Below, piece after piece: positions 1-11,000 of a stretch of 64,000 nucleotides of DNA. Position 1 is the stretch's first letter; each line of letters opens with the position of its first letter. The position numbers and the translations under genes were made by a program. Origin of the DNA: the human T2T-CHM13v2.0 reference genome, Homo sapiens; the NCBI RefSeq assembly GCF_009914755.1, contig NC_060948.1; one strand, given 5' to 3'. Under the pieces are notes generated by a model. That model saw only the letters and a program-made list of their open reading frames with translations. It had not been told where the DNA came from and did no database searches.

Positions 1-1120
1 ATAGAAAGGAATGGAATGAAATGGAATGGAAAGGATTCGAATGGAATGCAATCGAGTGGAATGGAATTGAACGGAATGGAATAAAATGGAAGAAAACAGG
101 CAAGAAATGGAATCGAAATGAATGGAGTGTTATGGAACGGACTCAAAAGGAATTGAATGTAATAGAATGGAGTGGAGTGGACTCGAATATAATGGACTGG
201 AATGGAATGAAATCACATGGAATGGGAACGAATGGAATGGAATGGAAAGGAATGGAATCGAATGGAAAGGAATCGAATGGAAGGGAATGAAATTGAATCA
301 ACAGGAATGGAAGGGAATAGAATAGACGGTAATGGAATGGACTCGAATAGAATGGACACGAATGCTCAAATTGAATGGACTCGAATGGAATGGAAACGAA
401 AGGAATGTCATCGAATGGAATTGAATCGATTGGAATGAAATCGCATAGAATGGAGTGGAATCAAATGGAATTGAATCGAAAGGAAAGGAAGCGAATGGAC
501 TGAAATGAAATGGAATGGAATTGAATGGAAAGTAATGCAATGGAATAGAATGGAACGAAATTTCACGGAATGGAATCAAACTGAATGGAATCAAATCAAT
601 GGAATCAAATCAAATGGAATGGAAAGGAATTGAATGGAGTAGATTGGATTGGATGGGATTGGAATGAAATGTACTGGAAAGGACTCGAATTTCATGAAAC
701 GGAATGGAATGAATTGGAACGGAATGGACTCGAATGGAATGGAATGTCATGGAATGGCATCAAATGGAATGGCATCAAATGGAATGGAATCGAATGCAAT
801 GGAATGTTATGGAATGGAATGGAATGCATTGGAATGGAATGTCCTCTAATGGAATGGATTCGAGTGGAATGGAATCGAATATAATGGAGTCGAATGAAAT
901 GGAATTGAAAGGAATGGGATCGAATAGAATGGAATATACTGGAATGTAATGTAATGAACTCGAATGTAATTGACTGGAATGGAATGTACATGAATGGAAT
1001 GTAATCGAATGGAAAGTAATCCAATGGAATAGAATCTAATGCAATAAAACCGACTCAGATAGCGTAGAATGTAATGGAATGGAGTGCAGTGCAATGGAAT
1101 GGAATGGAATAGAATGCAAT

Positions 1121-1165
1121 GGAATGGAATGGAATGGAATGGAATGGAATGGAATGGAATGGAAT
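1121..1165 (+). repeat. Perfect (GGAAT)9 microsatellite-like tract inside the monomer; length-polymorphic between monomers
   Basis: Nine perfect pentamers follow GCAAT at 1116-1120. The homologous tract has 6 copies at 8219-8248 and 10 copies at 11763-11812. Confidence 0.9.
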
Positions 1166-1532
1166 GGGATGGAATGGTATGGAATGGATAGTAATGGACT
1201 GGAGTGAAATGGACTGGAAAGGAATGGACTCAAATTGAAAGGGCTCGAAAGGAATGGAGTCAAATGGAATGGTCTGGAATGGAATGAACACGAATGTAAT
1301 GCAATCCAATAGAATGGAATCGAATGGCATGGAATATAAAGAAATGGATTCGAAGAGAATGGAAACAAATGGAATGGAATTGAATGGAATGGAATTGAAT
1401 GGAATGGGAACGAATGGAGTGAAATTGTATGCAGTAGAAGGGAATAGAATGGAATGCAAGCGAAAGGAAACGAATGGATTGGAATGGAATGGAATTCATT
1501 GGAATGGAAGGGAATGTAGTGTAATGGACAGG

Positions 1533-4500
1533 CCTGGAATAAAGTGGAATGCTACGGTCTCGAATGGAATAAAAATGTATGGAATGGAATGCAATGAAAC
1601 GGAATCGAATGTCATAGAATGTAATGGAATGCAAGAAAATGGAATCCAAAATCATTGACTGGAAAGGCTGGGTGTCGAAAGGAATTGACTCCAATGGAAT
1701 GGAATCGAATGGAATGGAAGTGAATAGAATCGAACTAAATCGAATGGAATGGAATTGATAGGAACGGAATGGAAAGGAATGCAATGATTTGGCATGGAAT
1801 GGAATCGAATGGCATCGAATGGAATGGAATGGAATGCAATGGAATGGAATGTATTAGAATGTAATGAACTTTAATGGAATGTACTCGAATGGATTCGACT
1901 GGAATGGAATGTTCTGGAAGTGAATGGACTCCAATGGAATGGATTCCAAAGGAATGGAATCGTACGGAATGGAATCTAATGGAATGGAATTAAATGGAAA
2001 TGAATCAAATTGAATAGCACGGAATTGAATTGAATGGAATGGAATGCAATGGAATCTAATGAAACGGAAAGGAAAGGAATGGAATGGAATGGAATGGGCT
2101 GGAATGGAAAGGAATCGAAACGAATGGAATGGAATCGAAGTGAAGAGACTGGAATGGAATGCACTGGAATGGAAGGGAGTGTAATGGAAGGTTCTCGAAA
2201 AAAATGGAATGGAATGGAATGGAATTGAATGGAACGGAATAGAGTCGAATGGAATTGAATGGAATGGAATGGACTAGAGTGAAATGGAATCGAACCACAA
2301 GGAATGGAGAGGAATAGAATGGTCTCGAATTGAATGGAATCGTATGGAATGGCATCAAACGGAATGGAATGGACAGCCACGGAATGGAATGCACTCGAAT
2401 GCAATGGAGTCGAAACTAATGGACTGGAATAGAATGGACTCGACTGGTACGGACTCCAATGGAATGGAATCGAATGGAAGGGAATCGAACGGAATGGACT
2501 CGAAGGGAAAAGACTGCAATGGAAAGGTCTCGAATGGAATGGAAATTAATGGAATGGAATGGAATCGAATGAAATGGAGTCAAAAGGAATGGAATCGAAT
2601 GGCAAGAAATCGAATGTAATGGAATCGCAAGGAATTGATGTGAACGGAACGGAATGGAATGGAATCCAAAGGAATGGAATAGAATGGAATGGAATCGAAT
2701 GGAAAGGACTCGAATGGAAATCACTCGAATAGAATGCAATTTAATAAAATAGGATCAAATGTAATGGAATGGAATGGAAAGGAATCGAAACGAAAGGAAT
2801 GGAGACAGATGGAATGGAATAGAACAGAGAGCAATGGTATAGAATGGAATGGAATCATCTGGAATGGAATTGAATGGAATGGAATAATATGAAATGGAGT
2901 GGAATGGAATGGAATGGAATGCCCTTGAATTAAATGGACTGGAATGGAATGGACTCGAACAGAGTGGAATGGAAAGTGTTGAGATAGAATGGAATGGACT
3001 CCTTTGGAATGGTGTAGTATGCAATGCAATCGACTGGCAGGGAATCAAAAGGAATGTAATCGAATGGATTGGACTGGAATGCAATGGACTCGAATAGATT
3101 GCAAACGGAATGCAAAGGAATGGAATGGAATAGTATGGAATGGAATGGAAAGGAATGGAGTGGAATAGACTAGAGTGGAATGGAATGGACTGGAAAGAAA
3201 TGGACTGGAATGGAACTTTCTTGAATGGACTGGAATCAAACGGAATGGAATGCAATGCAATCAAATGGCATGGAATAAAATAGAATGAAAGAGAATCAAA
3301 TGGAATTGAATCGAATGGAATCGAATGGATTGGAAAGGAATAGAATGGAATGGAATGGAATGGACTCAAATGGAATGGACTAGAATGGAATGGATTCGAA
3401 TGGAAGGCAAAGGAATGGAATCTATTGGAATGGACTGTAATGGAATGGAATGGAAGGGATTGGAATGGACTCGAATGGAATGGACTGCAATAGAAAGGAT
3501 TCGAATGGAATGAAAAAGAATTGAATGGAATAGAACAGAATGGAATCAAATCGAATGAAATGGAATGGAATAGAAAGGAATGGAATGAAATGGAATGGAA
3601 AGGATTCGAATGGAATGCAATCGAATGGAATGGAATCGAACGGAATGGAATAAAATGGAAGAAAACTGGCAAGAAATGGAATCGAAATGAATGGAGTGTT
3701 ATGGAACGGACTCAAAAGGAATTGAATGTAATAGAATGGAGTGGAGTGGACTCGAATATAATGGACTGGAATGGAATGAAATCACATGGAATGGGAACGA
3801 ATGGAATGGAATGGAAAGGAATGGAATCGAATGGAAAGGAATCGAATGGAAGGGAATGAAATTGAATCAACAGGAATGGAAGGGAATAGAATAGACGGTA
3901 ATGGAATGGACTCGAATAGAATGGACACGAATGCTCAAATTGAATGGACTCGAATGGAATGGAAACGAAAGGAATGTCATCGAATGGAATTGAATCGATT
4001 GGAATGAAATCGCATAGAATGGAGTGGAATCAAATGGAATTGAATCGAAAGGAAAGGAAGCGAATGGACTGAAATGAAATGGAATGGAATTGAATGGAAA
4101 GTAATGCAATGGAATAGAATGGAACGAAATTTCACGGAATGGAATCAAACTGAATGGAATCAAATCAATGGAATCAAATCAAATGGAATGGAAAGGAATT
4201 GAATGGAGTAGATTGGATTGGATGGGATTGCAATGAAATGTACTGGAAAGGACTCGAATTTCATGAAACGGAATGGAATGAATTGGAACGGAATGGACTC
4301 GAATGGAATGGAATGTCATGGAATGGCATCAAATGGAATGGCATCAAATGGAATGGAATCGAATGCAATGGAATGCTACGGAATGGAATGGAATGCATTG
4401 GAATGGAATGTCCTCTAATGGAATGGATTCGAGTGGAATGGAATCGAATATAATGGAGTCGAATGAAATGGAATTGAAAGGAATGGGATCGAATACAATG

Positions 4501-5076
4501 GAATATACTGGAATGTAATGTAATGAACTCGAATGTAATTGACTGGAATGGAATATACATGAATGGAATGTAATCGAATGGAAAGTAATCCAATGGAATA
4601 GAATCTAATGCAATAAAATCGACTCAGATAGAGTAGAATGTAATGGAATGGAGTGCAGTGCAATGGAATGGAATGGAATGGAATGCAATTGAATGGAATG
4701 GAATGGAATGGAATGGAATGGAATGGGATGGAATGGTATGGAATGGATAGTAATGGACTGGAGTGAAATGGACTGGAAAGGAATGGACTCAAATTGAAAG
4801 GGCTCGAAAGGAATGGAGTCAAATGGAGTGGTCTGTAATGGAATGAACACGAATGTAATGCAATCCAATAGAATGGAATCGAATGGCATGGAATATAAAG
4901 AAATGGAATCGGAGAGAATGGAATTGAATGGAATGGAATTGAATGGAATGGGAACGAATGGAGTGAAATTGTATGCAGTAGAAGGGAATAGAATGGAATG
5001 CAAGCGAATGGAAAGGAATGGATTGGAATGGAATGGAATTCATTGGAATGGAAGGGAATGCAGTGTAATGGACAGG
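1533..5076 (+). repeat. Representative full DYZ1 monomer (StuI/HaeIII cut to cut, 3544 bp)
   Basis: Interval between the first two AGG^CCT sites. Successive site spacings across the window: 3544, 3529, 3574, 3529, 3549, 3554, 3518, 3539, 3564, 3549, 3557, 3549, 3539, 3549, 3549, 3573, 3573. Confidence 0.93.
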
Positions 5077-8000
5077 CCTGGAATAAAGTGCAATGCTACG
5101 GTCTCGAATGGAATAAAAATGTATGGAATGGAATGCAATGAAATGGAATCGAATGTCATAGAATGTAATGGAATGCAACAAAATGGAATCCAAAATCATT
5201 GACTGGAAAGGCTAGGTGTCCAAAGGAATTGACTCCAATGGAATGGAATCGAATGGAATGGAAGTGAATAGAATCGAACTAAATCGAATGGAATGGAATT
5301 GATAGGAACGGAATGGAAAGGAATGCAATGATTTGGCTTGGAATGGAATCGAATGGCATCGAATGGAATGGAATGGAATGCAATGGAATGGAATGTATTA
5401 GAATGTAATGAACTTTAATGGAATGTACTCGAATGGATTCGACTGGAATGGAATGTTCTGGAAGTGAATGGACTCCAATGGAATGGATTCAAAAGGAATG
5501 GAATCGTACGGAATGGAATCTAATGGAATGGAATTAAATGGAAATGAATCAAATTGAATAGCACGGAATTGAATTGAATGGAATGGAATGCAATGGAATC
5601 TAATGAAACGGAAAGGAAAGGAATGGAATGGAATGGAATGGGCTGGAATGGAAAGGAATCGAAACGAATGGAATGGAATCGAACTGAAGAGACTGGAATG
5701 GAATGCACTGGAATGGAAGGGAGTGTAATGGAAGGTTCTCGAAAAAAATGGAATCGAATGGATTGGAATTGAATGGAACGGAATAGAGTCGAATGGAATT
5801 GAATGGAATGGAATGGACTAGAGTGAAATGGAATCGAACCACAAGGAATGGACAGGAATAGAATGGTCTCGAATTGAATGGAATCGTATGGAATGGCATC
5901 AAACGGAATGGAATGGACAGCCACGGAATGGAATGCACTCGAATGCAATGGAGTCGAAACTAATGGACTGGAATAGAATGGACTCGACTGGTACGGACTC
6001 CAATGGAATGGAATCGAATGGAAGGGAATCGAACGGAATGGACTCGAAGGGAAAAGACTGCAATGGAAAGGTCTCGAATGGAATGGAAATTAATGGAATG
6101 GAATGGAATCGAATGAAATGGAGTCAAAAGGAATGGAATCGAATGGCAAGAAATCGAATGTAATGGAATCACAAGGAATTGATGTGAACGGAACGGAATG
6201 GAATGGAATCCAAATGAATGGAATAGAATGGAATGGAATCGAATGGAAAGGACTCGAATGGAAATCACTCGAATAGAATGCAATTTAATAAAATAGGATC
6301 AAATGTAATGGAATGGAATGGAAAGGAATCGAAACGAAAGGAATGGAGACAGATGGAATGGAATGGAACAGAGAGCAATGGTATAGAATGGAATGGAATC
6401 ATCTGGAATGGAATTGAATGGAATGGAATAATATGAAATGGAATGGAATGGAATGGAATGGAATGCCCTTGAATTAAATGGACTGGAATGGAATGGACTC
6501 GAACAGAGTGGAATGGAAAGTGTTGAGATAGAATGGAATGGACTCCTTTGGAATGGTGTAGTATGCAATGCAATCGACTGGCAGGGAATCAAAAGGAATG
6601 TAATCGAATGGATTGGACTGGAATGCAATGGACTCGAATAGATTGCAAACGGAATGCAAAGGAATGGAATGGAATAGTATGGAATGGAATGGAAAGGAAT
6701 GGAGTGGAATAGACTAGAGTGGAATGGAATGGACTGGAAAGAAATGGACTGGAATGGAACTTTCTTGAATGGACTGGAATCAAACGGAATGGAATGCAAT
6801 GCAATCAAATGGCATGGAATAAAATAGAATGAAAGAGAATCAAATGGAATTGAATCGAATGGAATCGAATGGATTGGAAAGGAATAGAATGGAATGGAAT
6901 GGAATGGACTAGAATGGAATGGATTCGAATGGAAGGCAAAGGAATGGAATCTATTGGAATGGACTGTAATGGAATGGAATGGAAGGGATTGGAATGGACT
7001 CGAATGGAATGGACTGCAATAGAAAGGATTCGAATGGAATGAAAAAGAATTGAATGGAATAGAACAGAATGGAATCAAATCGAATGAAATGGAATGGAAT
7101 AGAAAGGAATGGAATGAAATGGAATGGAAAGGATTCGAATGGAATGCAATCGAATGGAATGGAATCGAACGGAATGGAATAAAATGGAAGAAAACTGGCA
7201 AGAAATGGAATCGAAATGAATGGAGTGTTATGGAACGGACTCAAAAGGAATTGAATGTAATAGAATGGAGTGGAGTGGACTCGAATATAATGGACTGGAA
7301 TGGAATGAAATCACATGGAATGGGAACGAATGGAATGGAATGGAAAGGAATGGAATCGAATGGAAAGGAATCGAATGGAAGGGAATGAAATTGAATCAAC
7401 AGGAATGGAAGGGAATAGAATAGACGGTAATGGAATGGACTCGAATAGAATGGACACGAATGCTCAAATTGAATGGACTCGAATGGAATGGAAACGAAAG
7501 GAATGTCATCGAATGGAATTGAATCGATTGGAATGAAATCGCATAGAATGGAGTGGAATCAAATGGAATTGAATCGAAAGGAAAGGAAGCGAATGGACTG
7601 AAATGAAATGGAATGGAATTGAATGGAAAGTAATGCAATGGAATAGAATGGAACGAAATTTCACGGAATAGAATCAAACTGAATGGAATCAAATCAATGG
7701 AATCTAATCAAATGGAATGGAAAGGAATTGAATGGAGTAGATTGGATTGGATGGGATTGGAATGAAATGTACTGGAAAGGACTCGAATTTCATGAAACGG
7801 AATGGAATGAATTGGAACGGAATGGACTCGAATGGAATGGAATGTCATGGAATGGCATCAAATGGAATGGCATCAAATGGAATGGAATCGAATGCAATGG
7901 AATGCCATGGAATGGAATGGAATGCATTGGAATGGAATGTCCTCTAATGGAATGGATTCGAGTGGAATGGAATCGAATATAATGGAGTCGAATGAAATGG

Positions 8001-11000
8001 AATTGAAAGGAATGGGATCGAATAGAATGGAATATACTGAAATGTAATGTAATGAACTCGAATGTAATTGACTGGAATGGAATGTACATGAATGGAATGT
8101 AATCGAATGGAAAGTAATCCAATGGAATAGAATCTAATGCAATAAAACCGACTCAGATAGAGTAGAATGTAATGGAATGGAGTGCAGTGCAATGGAATGG
8201 AATGGAATGGAATGCAATGGAATGGAATGGAATGGAATGGAATGGAATGGTGTGGAATGGATAGTAATGGACTGGAGTGAAATGGACTGGAAAGGAATGG
8301 ACTCAAATTGAATGGGCTCGAAAGGAATGGAGTCAAATGGAATGGTCTGGAATGGAATGAACACGAATGTAATGCAATCCAATAGAATGGAATCGAATGG
8401 CATGGAATATAAAGAAATGGAATCGAAGAGAATGGAAACAAATGGAATGGAATTGAGTGGAATGGAATTGAATGGAATGGGAACGAATGGAGTGAAATTG
8501 TATGCAGTAGAAGAGAATAGAATGGAATGCAAGCGAAAGGAAAGGAATGGATTGGAATGGAATGCAATTCATTGGAATGGAAGGGAATGTAGTGTAATGG
8601 ACAGGCCTGGAATAAAGTGGAATGCTACGGTCTCGAATGGAATAAAAATGTATGGAATGGAATGCAATGAAACGGAATCGAATGTCATAGAATGTAATGG
8701 AATGCAAAAAAATGGAATCCAAAATCATTGACTGGAAAGGCTGGGTGTCGAAAGGAATTGACTCCAATGGAATGGAATCGAATGGAATGGAAGTGAATAG
8801 AATCGAACTAAATCGAATGGAATGGAATTGATAGGAACGGAATGGAAAGGAATGCAATGATTTGGCATGGAATGGAATCGAATGGCATCGAATGGAATGG
8901 AATGGAATGCAATGGAATGGAATGTATTAGAATGTAATGAACTTTAATGGAATGTACTCGAATGGATTCGACTGGAATGGAATGTTCTGGAAGTGAATGG
9001 ACTCCAATGGAATGGATTCAAAAGGAATGGAATCGTACGGAATGGAATCTAATGGAATGGAATTAAATGGAAATGAATCAAATTGAATAGCACGGAATTG
9101 AATTGAATGGAATGGAATGCAATGGAATCTAATGAAACGGAAAGGAAAGGAATGGAATGGAATGGAATGGGCTGGAATGGAAAGGAATCGAAACGAATGG
9201 AATGGAATCGAACTGAAGAGACTGGAATGGAATGCACTGGAATGGAAGGGAGTGTAATGGAAGGTTCTCGAAAAAAATGGAATGGAATGGAATGGAATTG
9301 AATGGAACGGAATAGAGTCGAATGGAATTGAATGGAATGGAATGGACTAGAGTGAAATGGAATCGAACAACAAGGAATGGACAGGAATAGAATGGTCTCG
9401 AATTGAATGGAATCGTATGGAATGGCATCAAACGGAATGGAATGGACAGCCACGGAATGGAATGCACTCGAATGCAATGGAGTCGAAACTAATGGACTGG
9501 AATAGAATGGACTCGACTGGTACGGACTCCAATGGAATGGAATCGAATGGAAGGGAATCGAACGGAATGGACTCGAAGGGAAAAGACTGCAATGGAAAGG
9601 TCTCGAATGGAATGGAAATTAATGGAATGGAATGGAATCGAATGAAATGGAGTCAAAAGGAATGGAATCGAATGGCAAGAAATCGAATGTAATGGAATCG
9701 CAAGGAATTGATGTGAACGGAACGGAATGGAATGGAATCCAAAGGAATGGAATAGAATGGAATGGAATCGAATGGAAAGGACTCGAATGGAAATCACTCG
9801 AATAGAATGCAATTTAATAAAATAGGATCAAATGTAATGGAATGGAATGGAAAGGAATCGAAACGAAAGGAATGGAGACAGATGGAATGGAATGGAACAG
9901 AGAGCAATGGTATAGAATGGAATGGAATCATCTGGAATGGAATTGAATGGAATGGAATAATATGAAATGGAATGGAATGGAATGGAATGGAATGCCCTTG
10001 AATTAAATGGACTGGAATGGAATGGACTCGAACAGAGTGGAATGGAAAGTGTTGAGATAGAATGGAATGGACTCCTTTGGAATGGTCTAGTATGCAATGC
10101 AATCGACTGGTAGGGAATCAAAAGGAATGTAATCGAATGGATTGGACTGGAATGCAATGGACTCGAATAGATTGGAAACGGAATGCAAAGGAATGGAATG
10201 GAATAGTATGGAATGGAATGGAAAGGAATGGAGTGGAATAGACTAGAGTGGAATGGAATGGACTGGAAAGCAATGGACTGGAATGGAACTTTATTGAATG
10301 GACTGGAATCAAACGGAATGGAATGCAATGCAATCAAATGGCATGGAATAAAATAGAATGAAAGAGAATCAAATGGAATTGAATCGAATGGAATCGAATG
10401 GATTGGAAAGGAATAGAATGGAATGGAATGGAATTGACTCAAATGGAATGGACTAGAATGGAATGGATTCGAATGGAAGGCAAAGGAATGGAATCTATTG
10501 GAATGGACTGTAATGGAATGGAATGGAAGGGATTGGAATGGACTCGAATGGAATGGACTGCAATAGAAAGGATTCGAATGGAATGAAAAAGAATTGAATG
10601 GAATAGAACAGAATGGAATCAAATCGAATGAAATGGAATGGAATAGAAAGGAATGGAATGAAATGGAATGGAAAGGATTCGAATGGAATGCAATCGAATG
10701 GAATGGAATCGAACGGAATGGAATAAAATGGAAGAAAACTGGCAAGAAATGGAATCGAAATGAATGGAGTGTTATGGAACGGACTCAAAAGGAATTGAAT
10801 GTAATAGAATGGAGTGGAGTGGACTCGAATATAATGGACTGGAATGGAATGAAATCACATGGAATGGGAACGAATGGAATGGAATGGAAAGGAATGGAAT
10901 CGAATGGAAAGGAATCGAATGGAAGGGAATGAAATTGAATCAACAGGAATGGAAGGGAATAGAATAGACGGTAATGGAATGGAATCGAATAGAATGGACA

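Noticed and set aside
1661-1680. Less pentamer-like patches (GGAAAGGCTGGGTGTCG, GGACAGCCACGG, GGAAAGTGTTGAGATAG) as insertions of foreign DNA
   Set aside because: They keep the 5-bp register and are simply heavily mutated pentamers present in every monomer.
2741-2752. AATAAA in TTTAATAAAATAGG (also ~80, ~1043, ~1538, ~1568, ~3274) as polyadenylation signals
   Set aside because: Easily generated from GGAAT variants on an A-rich strand; no clear downstream GU/U-rich element and no transcript evidence here.
2755-3672. 300-305 aa minus-strand ORF (FHSIP-rich) recurring in many monomers
   Set aside because: Perfect (ATTCC)n has no stop codons in any frame, so long ORFs are expected. The + strand at the listed start reads ggcaag, so the start is TTG rather than ATG. 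The ORF is frameshifted or truncated in several monomers by 5-bp and 1-bp indels, and has no recognisable domain.
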